Virus record (IMG/VR): IMGVR_UViG_3300032301_000767
Span: 6,370 to 70,369 of that record
Length of the DNA stretch: 64,000 bases
Strand: one strand, 5' to 3'
Source: a virus
Taxonomy: Duplodnaviria; Caudoviricetes
This document shows, in pieces, positions 20,301-29,114 of the stretch (position 1 is its first letter; every line of letters starts with the position of its first letter). A program made the translations under genes and the position numbers. The notes under the pieces are model-generated. The model had not been told where the DNA came from. It did not search any database and worked only from the letters and a program-made list of their open reading frames with translations.

Positions 20301-21798
20301 TAACTGACTCTAGGGCTCTTCTATATTTTCCAGAAGCAGACTCTGTTAGCTGAGCTAATTCTCGCTGAGAAAGATTTGCAAGATCTGTTGTGCTTGCTTT
20401 CATAAGATCCATCACTTGAAGTGTCTGAGATCCAGATTTTCCTAAGTTATCAAATAGAGCTGACATTCTTGCAAACTGAAACTTACCAAACAACTGTTCA
20501 ATTGCTTTTGACTTACTTAATGGATCAAGTGAGTCAAGTGAAGCTTGAAGAGCTAATATAGTTCCAGTTAAGTCTCCAGCGTTCTTTTGTACTATCCCGC
20601 CAAGATCAATTCCAAAACCTTCAAATGTTTCAAGAGCTACTTTAGTTGGGTTAATCATTGAAGCCATTGCTGACTTTAGTGCGTTAGCTCCTTCTGAAGC
20701 ATTAATTCCGCCTTCTTTCATTGCAGTTAAATATAAGGCAAGGTCTTTTACGTCTCCACCAAGGGCTTTTACTACTGGACCAGCTTTTGGAATAGCGGTA
20801 ACCAAATCATCTAGAGTTGTTGATGTCTGGTTTTCTACAGCGTTGAGGAAGTCAATTGATTGAGTTAGCTCGTCTGTGCTTTGCTTAAATGCATTCTGAA
20901 TAGCAAGTGTTGCTTTCATCGCTTCTTGTCTATCTACTTCTCCAAGAACTGCAAGTCTTGATGTCTGTATTGTAGACTGAATTAAATCATTTCCTTCTTT
21001 ACCAGTTGCAGCTATATCAGCAGCTAATGATATAGTTTCCTTATATGAAACTCCATATGAAGAAGCAAGCTCTTTTGCAGTAGCAGATACGTCTTCTCTG
21101 ACCTTCTTTAATTCTTCTGCAGACTTTGCGCTTAGCCCGCCGTAAACCTTTGTTAATCTTACAAGCTCTTGATCTGCTTCTCTAAATGCTTTTGCTGACG
21201 CAGCACCGAATGCAGCCATAGGAACAGTAAGTCCAACTGTAAGCTGACGACCAGCCCACTGAGTGTTCTTACCCCAGTTAATCATCTGGTTTGCACCCTG
21301 CTGAATAACCTTATTCATGATTGCAGCTTCTTGTCTTGCAAGGGCCGTCTTATTTTTTATCTCATCAAGACCCTGTGCAACGTGAACATTGTATTGCATT
21401 AGGCCTTGTGCGTTCTTACCAAGTGGCTGTATTACAGCCTGCTCCATAAGAACCTGTTGCTTAGCAAGGTCCTTTACAATACTGCTTGTTTTGTTTGCAT
21501 GCTGCTGCCAAGTATTAAAATACTGGCCTAATTTCATTCTTCCAGAGTCTAAGTTTTTACCAAACTTTTCAACGTCTGATGTAAGTGTTACAAAGTGAGT
21601 AGAGAATTGGCCAGTAGATCTTAGCGTTTCCGCAAAAGACTTATTCATTACTCCTACCTGATTAGATAGGTTCTTATTAAGACCAATAGTTGTAGCTTGT
21701 AACTTTACTAGTTCAGATGTTACTGCCTGTAGCTGTGCCGTTAAAGCACTAAAGTTAGCCGTTGCGGTTATATTGGTATTAATATTTTGCTCTGCCAA
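14347..21798 (-). CDS. Tape measure protein with inserted cargo domains including an ADP-ribosyltransferase-like domain
   Basis: 2483 aa; helical Ala/Gly-rich TMP core, hydrophobic segments, GGxV...VGExGPE linkers; follows the tail chaperones. Confidence 0.92.
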   Translation of the reverse strand: MAEQNINTNITATANFSALTAQLQAVTSELVKLQATTIGLNKNLSNQVGVMNKSFAETLRSTGQFSTHFVTLTSDVEKFGKNLDSGRMKLGQYFNTWQQHANKTSSIVKDLAKQQVLMEQAVIQPLGKNAQGLMQYNVHVAQGLDEIKNKTALARQEAAIMNKVIQQGANQMINWGKNTQWAGRQLTVGLTVPMAAFGAASAKAFREADQELVRLTKVYGGLSAKSAEELKKVREDVSATAKELASSYGVSYKETISLAADIAATGKEGNDLIQSTIQTSRLAVLGEVDRQEAMKATLAIQNAFKQSTDELTQSIDFLNAVENQTSTTLDDLVTAIPKAGPVVKALGGDVKDLALYLTAMKEGGINASEGANALKSAMASMINPTKVALETFEGFGIDLGGIVQKNAGDLTGTILALQASLDSLDPLSKSKAIEQLFGKFQFARMSALFDNLGKSGSQTLQVMDLMKASTTDLANLSQRELAQLTESASGKYRRALESVRADMAAVGESFLKISTFVLETISAIVKFVDKLPAPVKSLLTLMGGLTALAGPLLMLTGVLANFFGYVIKGVFHLKNLFKGGDGFKLLTPEIMAASKAGTLLEQSFYSDAKASATLKDAVYSLAQSFDVLKDKALSSSVAVSASFSTMQGNPAVMQTGAARAVQGERMADKSHPLIGKPYARQMAHMIPAAIEQPGTIFGTVPNPGPVNVRIGKNPQMYATGDMPKISGLTAINGVSTGVVAEEAARWHAMTAAIATQSEAELALLKKEISATGTITASLSDAYSAMLPPMMELTTLAAAESKAIVAQLQAGKITVEQARAQIIQLNLVIEKMMAESATLAAGSMGRGINLTTVPLTGQSVIGPGGKSNMKELFHKGSTASTIDAIARNLGVRTSGGGFSIETTKPRPKKLNDGGRVYDPSRDGNIVPGDTSINYDNTPALLQEGGFILNQEASKKNKPLVDIAVQGLNAGGKIVPALLTPGETYFPPEIAKPMMPTLEWANNGNVVEPYALGGAVMSSKNNYGRLTGLHSPLKFGAAISGVKKMVPGFSPRGAKAGDVWFTKPFTGLYSKKSGNTNELMKDGSKGAPIKEYLKGLRNYTKSTKGLLGGTKRSIYGSTDGFLSAIPSKVMPLAERKALAIEIENAYLLRLSEMDAKGVLLTDRNNPYHSISNSLITNYIRETGNKTLRKLWNQFKVATSSVDKYQGTKRGASTSPQEAILSADGFTVKIGRHEGNRKEDIDFLHAANLDWARAAEKNAGGALGGKVHIGKFGYGGLPPRLTKKSMGWRSWRQDGVSPEVQESQARQFAKYPNGEIPTTGLPAREAKYPMPRSYYQDLANQDPLHGPLQIGRYRGPVQVRNQHVAPQIIYKGGSGYMKQTGAKAFDLGDVESRAKSALYNYMMGDYGAINDPAVQQHLSSIRTKFTGRLHRGVRNPQSLPPVLSELIKEGRWSDMVGKEFIMRRSSWSKNKDTADGFGELQIIADVKNRNAVAASEIFPDLTFQSPRGPVKVNESEVYMGGKFRVVSAEKNKIQVEAVYDAAREKGGPVNAGRPYLVGEKGPEIFVPKNSGGIIPGYAKGGEIGKLIGSSLLSSAGFMGGNMLGSMIGGDTGGMIGGMLLSGLVGGLPYMRRGKSAGDGADVAGDAASKLPSKFTKSFPAMEKMSAKLAALGSSGGKFAGVLSKVGGILSRLPLLLNPVGIGIGVVTAAVALGLKKWSDHNEHLRIGMTQYSLTGEAAQKAGLKFTDYNQKMKTTIEDAKALKEANALVYDSMMSAKLPIEMTIEEYKKLRKEVKSTYADQIKLINQTSGSGNLQNVATDLKAQLIAAGLSADEATKKIYAMFKVSEKGSAALASTVKNSAFNSMTDAQTTAKYAVSSYARTSKQGGREGAGTVQTAMTAMDTAVQEAIDKSRKAASADKSGKKEVLTQLQAELQVTNQVNQSKERGVTITEETLAELEKTNPAIREFASEQDTVISLWQKIRLTTQGYAGDLSRLNAVQVAGLVSAGTAMQTAIETANSGSGGLLEKQYNNLEKLTAQQKKLMSAAKGQSAASQIKTRDAIKALQKEIDLNNKLADARLKALDIAKTEGDLAREIEKAKLGYNQAVATGDTAKAQQYQLDIKGYQSTMQYNSQVSAIENARDAANVKPQSKIDALNNKNEKLNDAAAIASEGLSKLNDSIVKQKKEIDDVNGSMLALAINAFAAGKDIATYVKESKAAQKQAAVVSNNLKVAGIKVKDGMDAVSSAVSQFTDPKNGIMSAITDSLKNAKIENLFITGKSIKLSSEGSSTGYVKTKAGESFGVDAASFSRSDGSLKEVAQKAATGKQTRQYIAANGAQYWIFEYAGKTYAVEKDGGKRTHSFKNNEVGPVVKAGKGTMKLNPRVPTIVGDEGPEIAYRNMIIPNISSIPYASPRFDIKKANLSPVGGSSGGAQTLNYTQHIHATPGMNEDQLVRKASEAAVKIFQSVTKNNVKMVGENKNIKVASK

Positions 21799-21802
21799 TT
21801 AC

Positions 21803-22165
21803 CTACTCCTTTATGTATCCGAGTCCCGCTCCGATACCAAATCCTGCTTCATTTGCAAAAGATCCTTGTAGTGATACAACGTCATCTGCTGATGCCGTAA
21901 CTCCAAGCGCTCTTCTTTTAATATCATCAAAAGAAGTATCCTCTTGCTTTTCTTCTAAGTCAACACCTTGCAGTGATGCTAAAAACTTTCTTTCTTCCGT
22001 CTGCTTTCGGTTCATCGCCGTAAGCGTTTGTACGAGTTCTGGCATTGAAAGATTTTCTTCTAGTTCCTGGTAATTCTTCCAATGACCAAGGAGAAATGCT
22101 TCTCCCTCAAGAGCGGCTAAGTCTAGTTCTGACCAGCCAGAACCGCTGCCGCTAGAAGGTTTGGG
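21803..22165 (-). CDS. Tail assembly chaperone, -1 frameshifted extension (gpT-like)
   Basis: The -1 frame is open from the slippery site through the 21803..22045 ORF (PSSGSGSGWSELDLAALEGEAFLLGHWKNYQELEENLSMPELV...). Confidence 0.85.
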   Translation of the reverse strand, partial: PKPSSGSGSGWSELDLAALEGEAFLLGHWKNYQELEENLSMPELVQTLTAMNRKQTEERKFLASLQGVDLEEKQEDTSFDDIKRRALGVTASADDVVSLQGSFANEAGFGIGAGLGYIKE

Positions 22166-22455
22166 TCGTCCATCTTAATTCCTCCACATACTTCTAGTAT
22201 GCGGTTGATTGTAGGAACGTCTAATGCATCTTCTAACGCATCAATATCTTTTACCAATTCTGGTAGTTGTTTTTCAAGTGCAATTGCACACGCTTCAATT
22301 AGGATAGAAAGCGTTTCTTCCTCTGCTGTCGCAGATGCAACCTTTTGAATAGCTACCATAAATTTTCTTAGCTCTTTAATTGTGAGCGGCTTTAGCTTTA
22401 CGGTTGCGCCATTTTGTAGTGTTACTTCTTCTACATCATATACTGTTGTTGCCAA
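22123..22455 (-). CDS. Tail assembly chaperone (gpG-like)
   Basis: Between major tail and tape measure; GGAGG RBS; slippery heptamer near the 3' end. Confidence 0.85.
   Translation of the reverse strand: MATTVYDVEEVTLQNGATVKLKPLTIKELRKFMVAIQKVASATAEEETLSILIEACAIALEKQLPELVKDIDALEDALDVPTINRILEVCGGIKMDDPNLLAAAVLAGQN
22159..22165 (-). other. Programmed -1 ribosomal frameshift site C CCA AAC
   Basis: X XXY YYZ heptamer in the correct phase (GAC CCA AAC). Confidence 0.85.
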
Positions 22456-22516
22456 TTTAATCCTCCTAGGATCTAGTCTTAATTATTGTATCATATAGAA
22501 AATACCAGCGCAATAG

Positions 22517-22541
22517 AAAACCCCCCAATTGCTTGGGGGGT
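22517..22541 (-). terminator. Intrinsic terminator after major tail gene
   Basis: ACCCCCCAA-GCAA-TTGGGGGGT followed by TTT. Confidence 0.8.
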
Positions 22542-22564
22542 AATCTATTAATTAATTATATTAA

Positions 22565-23299
22565 TTATGCGTGTGTTGCGATGATGCGGTCAATGATTAG
22601 TCCGTATTCCTGGCCTGTCTTAGCGCCGTCTGGAAGCAAACGGAATGTTACTGGGAATGTTGATGCTGCGTTACGAGCCAAAGAGAACTGTGACTGTTGT
22701 ACAGAAAGAACACGACGTGCATAATATACACGCTCAGTAATTAAACCAAGTGTACCGTCAGCTGCTGCAGAACCACCTTGTGGTGCTGCACCAACTGCAA
22801 CTAATTGACGCTCATTTGGAGCTTGTCCAAGAGCACCTGCCTCAAGACCAAGTGTGCGCTTTGCTGCTGCACCTGTTCCTGAATCTGCGAGAGTTGATGT
22901 TCCCTGACCGAATACAGCAAGAATGTTCTCTAGAGTACCTTCTGCCATTTCTGTAGCGATCATAACTTCCATTGACTCCTTGAAAAGCTTTGCTGTATCA
23001 AGAAGCTGATCTACTGTTACTGAACCGTATGATGGGTTGTAAGTAATCTGAAGACCGTTGTTTGTGTAACCTACGTTACGGAATTTGTTTGTTGAGTCTG
23101 CATTAAGAGTTTCTGTGTAAGACTTTCCTGCTGTCTTAACTGCTGGTGTTCCTGTTGTAGTTTCGTTTTCGAAAGCTACACCTGCAACTGAACCAGGCTC
23201 CATGTTTTCTGCATATCCTGATGTTGTTATGTCTTTAGTAGACAAGAAGAGCGGTGAAGCTCCAACAAGAATATTCTTAGCATTGTTATACTTTGCCAT
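22565..23299 (-). CDS. Major tail (tube) protein
   Basis: NILVGAS...VGYTNNGLQITY...VDQL...FPVTFRLL tube-protein pattern; strong GGAGG RBS; own terminator. Confidence 0.85.
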   Translation of the reverse strand: MAKYNNAKNILVGASPLFLSTKDITTSGYAENMEPGSVAGVAFENETTTGTPAVKTAGKSYTETLNADSTNKFRNVGYTNNGLQITYNPSYGSVTVDQLLDTAKLFKESMEVMIATEMAEGTLENILAVFGQGTSTLADSGTGAAAKRTLGLEAGALGQAPNERQLVAVGAAPQGGSAAADGTLGLITERVYYARRVLSVQQSQFSLARNAASTFPVTFRLLPDGAKTGQEYGLIIDRIIATHA

Positions 23300-23422
23300 G
23301 TTGTACTACCTCCTGTTAAATAAATATATATATATATTGACTTACTTTTAAAGATAAATCAAAAGCTGGCTAGGCTCTTTTCCTCTAGTCTAATTTTATA
23401 GTATAAGGGGCCAAAAGGCAAA

Positions 23423-23932
23423 CTACTCGAAGCGTCCTAGTCGATCAGTAACTCTGGCATATTTAACCTCAAGGATTACATCCGTAGAAAGGAATCCGTC
23501 AAGCTCCATGGATGGCTCCGTTGGGGTTATTTCTAAGACCATGGTATTAAAAAATATAATCTTATCTGTATCTTTGCTTTTATTTAGGTCTTTTGCCGAA
23601 AGGTCCATTCTCCTAAATACGTCAAGCATTAAATTCCTAATTGAATTAATCTCAGATACATCTGTTGAATATATTGTAAACAGTATCTTTTCGCAGCAAA
23701 TCATCCAATTTTCTTCGTAGGATAGCCCTGTCTTGTCATAGACTATATGAGACTTTCCGCTCAAAAATTGATTCAGGTCTGGCTGCTGTTGAACTGGGAT
23801 AATAGGAATTATCTCTGTTCCAGAATTCTCTATATAATAATCTGATGCCTTAAATAACTTATGAGTCTTTAGCTCTTCCCACAGGTGCTTTCTGATTTCA
23901 TACATTGCATCTATGTTGTAGTCTATTGTCAT
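23423..23932 (-). CDS. Tail terminator/completion-like protein
   Basis: Position directly before the major tail gene; size. Confidence 0.55.
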   Translation of the reverse strand: MTIDYNIDAMYEIRKHLWEELKTHKLFKASDYYIENSGTEIIPIIPVQQQPDLNQFLSGKSHIVYDKTGLSYEENWMICCEKILFTIYSTDVSEINSIRNLMLDVFRRMDLSAKDLNKSKDTDKIIFFNTMVLEITPTEPSMELDGFLSTDVILEVKYARVTDRLGRFE

Positions 23933-24720
23933 AATGAACCTCCAAATGATCTTTCTAGTGCTGCGTCCGCCTGCTTTTTAACTGTGTTTGGCGAGAAAGA
24001 ATATTTAACTTTCTTGATATCTAAAGGTGCATCTAAAGCTTGAGCCATCTTTAAATTAAATATGTTCTGGAATCCAGAGTTCCTAATTGCTGCACTCACA
24101 AGCTGTCCAGAAAAATATTGACTATACGCCAGCTTAAATTGATTTCTTGCAGCAGAGCCTCCAGGTCTCTTTACTGTTACAGATGAACCCTTTGGCATAA
24201 ATACAGTTATGCCGTCTAGTTCAAATACCAATCGTTCTGCTGACTTTGGCCTGATGACTACAGGTAAACCTATTTCCATTACAGACGCCTTATTTGCAAA
24301 TATGTACTTTTTCTTTTGCTTTTTATTCTTTGATGGAACTGAGTTTTTTGACATCTTATAATCAAAATCTATCTTGAAGGATAGCCCCATAGAATCTATT
24401 TGCTTTAGCTTAAATAGTCTTGCAGTTGAGCTGCCCGTCCTGTTCCACTCGTATACGTGGTGAAGAGACTGAGGTTTAATTCTAGCTTTTGAATCTATGT
24501 ATTCGCCAAACTCTTTATCTATCTGAGCAAATATTGTTTTTTTAAAAAGCTTTTGAAAAGCAGAATTGCTTTCTAGCTTGCTTAATACATTGGCTTGGTA
24601 GTATAGCAAAGCAGATATCTGCGCCACATTACTATCTTTTATTGGTCCGCTTTGAGGTACGCCAACCATAAGTCTTTCAAGACCACTGGCAGCTTGTAGT
24701 AGGGCAACATTAGATTCCAA
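23929..24720 (-). CDS. Neck/tail completion protein (putative)
   Basis: Synteny in the head-tail connector block; probable TTG start at 24720. Confidence 0.5.
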   Translation of the reverse strand: MESNVALLQAASGLERLMVGVPQSGPIKDSNVAQISALLYYQANVLSKLESNSAFQKLFKKTIFAQIDKEFGEYIDSKARIKPQSLHHVYEWNRTGSSTARLFKLKQIDSMGLSFKIDFDYKMSKNSVPSKNKKQKKKYIFANKASVMEIGLPVVIRPKSAERLVFELDGITVFMPKGSSVTVKRPGGSAARNQFKLAYSQYFSGQLVSAAIRNSGFQNIFNLKMAQALDAPLDIKKVKYSFSPNTVKKQADAALERSFGGSL

Positions 24721-25132
24721 TAGACTGATTCTCCGATCTCTTTGCAACAGAGCTGTAGGCAAGAACTGAGCCAAATGGGTCTGTTACTGGAGTAGAACTA
24801 ACAATCTCAAATACCGTTGGAGTGTCGCTAGGATAATCTATTTCTTTCCACAATACGTTTCCATTCATGTCTCTAACATTAGTTATTTTTTCTCTATAAG
24901 TTATTTTATCAACAGTTCTGATTTCTAAAACTTGCTCGTCAGAATACCTTGATCCAATTACTTGCTGGTCACCGCTTGTAGTGGAAGATTTAGATATAAT
25001 TCCTTTTGCTGAGCAAGGAACTGTTCTTATGTAAGACCATTCTTTTTTTATAGCACCAGTATTTATATCTTGCGTGTTTGATTGCTCATAGACATCAAGC
25101 TGGAGTGGCATTAGTGATGCTACCAAGCTCAT
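24710..25132 (-). CDS. Head closure protein (putative)
   Basis: Synteny after the adaptor; beta-rich, 140 aa. Confidence 0.55.
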   Translation of the reverse strand: MSLVASLMPLQLDVYEQSNTQDINTGAIKKEWSYIRTVPCSAKGIISKSSTTSGDQQVIGSRYSDEQVLEIRTVDKITYREKITNVRDMNGNVLWKEIDYPSDTPTVFEIVSSTPVTDPFGSVLAYSSVAKRSENQSIGI

Positions 25133-26119
25133 TTAAAATGCTACCATTCCATTCAATACGTATGGTGAAAGAAGTTGATCTGCATATAGGTTACCAGTGC
25201 CCCTGTGAGCATCTTCCATAAATTCAAACTTCCAATCAAATGTACTAATGTTCTTTACGTATTTATCTTTCCATGCACGATCTTTGTCAAAGAATTGCTT
25301 TATAAGAATAATGCATGCTTCTTCTACATTGTCTGGTACTGAGCTCCATCCAAATCTACCAGCAACAGAATACCTAACATCTTTTCTAAATGCGCCTGAA
25401 GAAGATGCATCGTGAATTGAAGGTGGGACTAATCCGTTTGCTGTATAAACTAGACCGTCTAAATTGTCTTGTCTGTTAACACGTATTCCAAAATTTGACT
25501 CTGAAATTATAGGTGTGTATACCCAGTTGTTTACATTATTAATTTTATCCGCAACAAGAATATCATTCTCATACAGTTCATGAATCTCGCTTAATCTAAA
25601 TGGCAACGGAAGAATGTCTGATCCTGACCCATACACAATTTGTGTATCATCATATAGATAAAAAGATTGATTTGTGTAGATCTCTATAAGTTTTCTTGCA
25701 TACTTTTCTGCCATTTGTAATTCATGGTAGGTCTTGTAGTTTGGATCGGATGGATCCGTTCCAAAACCTAAATCATCAATTACGTCTGATAGGTTTGCAT
25801 ATGGGGTAACTACATCAATAAAATATACATGAGATGCGCTATTTCCACTAATGGAATACCGCCACTCTATTTTGAATTTTCTATTTCTTCTACAAAGACT
25901 AAGTGGTATGACAATTTGGTACGTTCCCGCATCTGTTTCAGACTTTGTAGCCGTATATGTGCCAAGCGGCACGGTAGGGTTAACTGCTGGAGAAATGGTG
26001 CCGTCTTCAGTAATATCATATACTACTGCAGTAACGGTGCCGTCTGCATCTGTTAGTTCCCCACCCCAAAATATTTTTGTTTTTACTGGTGAAGTTTGAT
26101 CCTTATAGATTTCTGCCAT
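25133..26119 (-). CDS. Head-tail adaptor protein
   Basis: ARKLIEIYTNQSF...GRFGWSSVPDNVEEACIIL pattern of gp6/gp15-like adaptors, with an extra N-terminal domain. Confidence 0.7.
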   Translation of the reverse strand: MAEIYKDQTSPVKTKIFWGGELTDADGTVTAVVYDITEDGTISPAVNPTVPLGTYTATKSETDAGTYQIVIPLSLCRRNRKFKIEWRYSISGNSASHVYFIDVVTPYANLSDVIDDLGFGTDPSDPNYKTYHELQMAEKYARKLIEIYTNQSFYLYDDTQIVYGSGSDILPLPFRLSEIHELYENDILVADKINNVNNWVYTPIISESNFGIRVNRQDNLDGLVYTANGLVPPSIHDASSSGAFRKDVRYSVAGRFGWSSVPDNVEEACIILIKQFFDKDRAWKDKYVKNISTFDWKFEFMEDAHRGTGNLYADQLLSPYVLNGMVAF

Positions 26120-26132
26120 TATGTGCTAACGT

Positions 26133-26525
26133 TTAGTTGTAGAAGTCCTGAACTTCCTTTGGTGTCGCTAAACGAAAACCCTCCTCTGTATCAAAGATTT
26201 TTTGAGCATCTTCTTCTGACATTGCCACAAACGGATGTTCCTTTGTAAAAGTGTAACCGAAGATATCATATCTGTGATTTTCTCTGGTCATTCTAACAAG
26301 AATCGTATCCTTTGGCTGAGCCTTTGGATCAAACTTTGGAAGAATTTCAATCTCTTCTTTATTCTTTTCAATTGCTTCAATTGTATCCTGGTAGACACTC
26401 CAGGTCACGCCTTCTTCGGATAGTGCTGCAATTATGTCTTTTTTGTTTTTTAAGTTTTCTGTGTCAACTGCAAAGTCTGTTGCAATTACTTTTAATTCGG
26501 CTACTTTTAATGTGTCAAACGACAT
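26133..26525 (-). CDS. Hypothetical protein with N-terminal HeH/Rho-N-like helix pair
   Basis: LKVAELKVIA...KKDIIAAL motif; follows the capsid gene. Confidence 0.55.
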   Translation of the reverse strand: MSFDTLKVAELKVIATDFAVDTENLKNKKDIIAALSEEGVTWSVYQDTIEAIEKNKEEIEILPKFDPKAQPKDTILVRMTRENHRYDIFGYTFTKEHPFVAMSEEDAQKIFDTEEGFRLATPKEVQDFYN

Positions 26526-26579
26526 ATTTATTTCTCCTCTTTCTAGGTTCTTTAATTATAGCATTGTTAAATTAAAATG

Positions 26580-26610
26580 AAAAGCCCCTAAAATTAATTA
26601 GGGGCCTTTC
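26580..26610 (-). terminator. Intrinsic terminator after major capsid gene
   Basis: gcccctaa...ttaggggc stem with a T-tract on the minus strand. Confidence 0.75.
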
Positions 26611-26631
26611 GAGGGTTTAATTCTTAATTAA

Positions 26632-27681
26632 TTAAGAAGCAACCTTAACGTTCTTTACAACTACCCAAGCGTCTGCCTGCTCGATTTGAACACCAACACG
26701 AGTATACATTGTGTACTCGATTGAGTCCTTACGTGGCCAGAAGAAGCGGTAAACAGTAACATCACGCTTGATACCAATAACAACGTTATTTGGGAATGTC
26801 AAGTGGACGTCTCCGTGTGAACCTGATGGGCTAGCATATGTACCTGTCTGTGTCTCAGGAAGCAATGGAACTTCAACGATTGGAATACCAAATGCGTATG
26901 GAGCTACATATCCTGCTGGACCTCCAAGAACTGGAACATCACCACGGATGATGCCTGAAGCAATATCCTGTGGAGTTACGTTCTGAAGGTTCTGTGAGTT
27001 AGAGTATAGGTAATCCTGGATCAAGTTTGATCCAGCAAGGAAGCGAAGGTCTGTGCGACGTTGCTTGTACTTGCGTGGAAGTGCCTTAAGAGCTGAGTTA
27101 AACACTGCACGAGAAATTCCCGCACCTGCTGCGTCGACAACGCGACCATAGGTCTTTGCCTTCTTAACTGCTCCATCAAATGACTTGTAAAGTGCATCGC
27201 TTGAAAGTGATGTATCACCGTTAAGGATCAAATCTTCAATGTCATTACCTGCTTGTGTTGCCATCAAACGTGCAATGTGATCTTCGAGATCTGCACCTTC
27301 GATATTATCTTCTAGAGATTCTGTTGAAAGTTCCCAATCCATGCGGAGCTTCTTAGTTGAGAGAGAGATCTTTGAAAAAGTTACACCTGAGTTAACTCCT
27401 GTGTTCTCGCCTTCGGTTGCAAGCTTTACAAGCTTCTCACCAATGGACATACGATCAATTTCTGTTGTATCGGCCTTCATTCGGACTGTACGTGCAACCT
27501 TACCAATTACGGTAGCGTCGAACATATAATCTAGAAATCTAGCTGATTGTTCTGGGTTTAGAAGACCACCGTTTCCGTTTTCGGAAGCTGTGTGTACTCC
27601 TGCACCACCTGCTGTTGAGCCGAATCCAGTTGATACTGTTGTACCTGCTGCGGCTGCCTTTTCTAATAGTTCATTACTCAT
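26632..27681 (-). CDS. Major capsid protein (HK97 fold)
   Basis: GGLLNPEQ, LEDNIEG, EDLILNGD motifs; follows protease/scaffold; own terminator. Confidence 0.92.
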   Translation of the reverse strand: MSNELLEKAAAAGTTVSTGFGSTAGGAGVHTASENGNGGLLNPEQSARFLDYMFDATVIGKVARTVRMKADTTEIDRMSIGEKLVKLATEGENTGVNSGVTFSKISLSTKKLRMDWELSTESLEDNIEGADLEDHIARLMATQAGNDIEDLILNGDTSLSSDALYKSFDGAVKKAKTYGRVVDAAGAGISRAVFNSALKALPRKYKQRRTDLRFLAGSNLIQDYLYSNSQNLQNVTPQDIASGIIRGDVPVLGGPAGYVAPYAFGIPIVEVPLLPETQTGTYASPSGSHGDVHLTFPNNVVIGIKRDVTVYRFFWPRKDSIEYTMYTRVGVQIEQADAWVVVKNVKVAS

Positions 27682-27702
27682 TTTTATTTCACCTACCTTA
27701 TT

Positions 27703-29061
27703 TTAGTTAAAGATTTCATTTACGGAACCGAGGAAAGAACCGTTCCATTTTGATTTTGATTGTCTTACTCCCTCAGATCGGCCAAGATCAGAGGACTTCT
27801 TAATTGCGGTATCGCTTTCTACAGCATCTACACGCTTTTGAACACCATCAATGGTGCTCTTTATATCTGTCACAGCTGCACTTAGTGCGCTGTGCTTTTC
27901 TGCCAATTCTGTGATTTGGCCATTGATGCTCTTGCTGAAGCTCTCTACTGTTTCTTTCATTTCGGAAACATGAGCTGCATTAGCTTCTGTGGCTTTTGTC
28001 AAAGTCTCTGAGAAAAAGCCTTTTAGGTCGCCTAACATCTTTGCAAAATCAGGTTCATCAACCGTGACTTCTTCTGTTGCGGCTGCTTCTTCAACGGAGT
28101 CGGCAGAGGCATCTTCTGTTGCAGCTTCTGCAACTTCCAATGATTTGTCAAAAAGATCTACGTTTGATTCATCTGATGCTGGAGCTTCTACGGCTTCTGC
28201 TACAGGTGCTTCAACAACTGCTGCTTCTGCTACTGGAGCTTCTACAACATTATCTATGTTTGTATCTGACATTTTATTACCTCCTTCTACGTTTGCCTGT
28301 TTTGCAATTATTTGTGTTTCAGGCAACGCTAATCTTGTCTTCTTAAATGAAGCAAGAATCTTATCTATTTCTTTTGACTTGGATACGTCTGAGCTTTCTA
28401 CCCATCCAATCAATGTAGCTGGCTTACCAGATACTGGAGAATCAAATGTTTTTTCTGTAGACATAAACACTGAGTCGCTTTCTTCGCAATAAAAAATATT
28501 TTCTGTTACAACATCTGCTGCCATTCCCTTGAATACAAGTTGGCCATTCATCTTCTCAATAGAAAAAATATTGCATAGTTGGTTTGCTGGTGAGTCTACA
28601 ATTGACAACTCAATTAGTTCATAATTCTTAATAAAACGAACTTGTTCTCCAGTAGACTTATTCATTTCGTTGTCTGCTTCTATAATCTTTCCGCCGATTG
28701 AAAAACCAGAAAGAGTGCCATCAAGAACTTTTTCCCAAGTATCTTGTGCACCCTTTGAAATGTATGATGTAACATAAACACCATTATAAAATTCTTTTGT
28801 TGTCTGGTCGTAATAAGTTTCAGGTCTAAACGAAACAACCTTACCTACCGCAAGAGGCTGATGCATCTCACGAAGGTTTCCTCTAAACGAATCAAACGCT
28901 TTCATGCTAGCTTCTGCAGTTACAACATCACCAGTTTGATCTACGTTATCAAGCGTAGCAAAGCCAGATACAGTTCTCTTTTCACGGTTTACTTTTGTGA
29001 AAGGGACTGATAGTTGTACGGTATCGCCGCTGCTAGACCACATGGTCTTTTCAATGTTCAT
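27703..29061 (-). CDS. Prohead protease fused to scaffold
   Basis: HK97-type protease motifs (LREMH, GFSIGG, ELSIVDSPAN), then acidic Ala/Glu linker and coiled coil. Confidence 0.88.
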   Translation of the reverse strand: MNIEKTMWSSSGDTVQLSVPFTKVNREKRTVSGFATLDNVDQTGDVVTAEASMKAFDSFRGNLREMHQPLAVGKVVSFRPETYYDQTTKEFYNGVYVTSYISKGAQDTWEKVLDGTLSGFSIGGKIIEADNEMNKSTGEQVRFIKNYELIELSIVDSPANQLCNIFSIEKMNGQLVFKGMAADVVTENIFYCEESDSVFMSTEKTFDSPVSGKPATLIGWVESSDVSKSKEIDKILASFKKTRLALPETQIIAKQANVEGGNKMSDTNIDNVVEAPVAEAAVVEAPVAEAVEAPASDESNVDLFDKSLEVAEAATEDASADSVEEAAATEEVTVDEPDFAKMLGDLKGFFSETLTKATEANAAHVSEMKETVESFSKSINGQITELAEKHSALSAAVTDIKSTIDGVQKRVDAVESDTAIKKSSDLGRSEGVRQSKSKWNGSFLGSVNEIFN

Positions 29062-29114
29062 ATGCTTAATTTTAGTGGTTTATTTACTATAACGCAAATC
29101 GTAGTTGATTAAAC

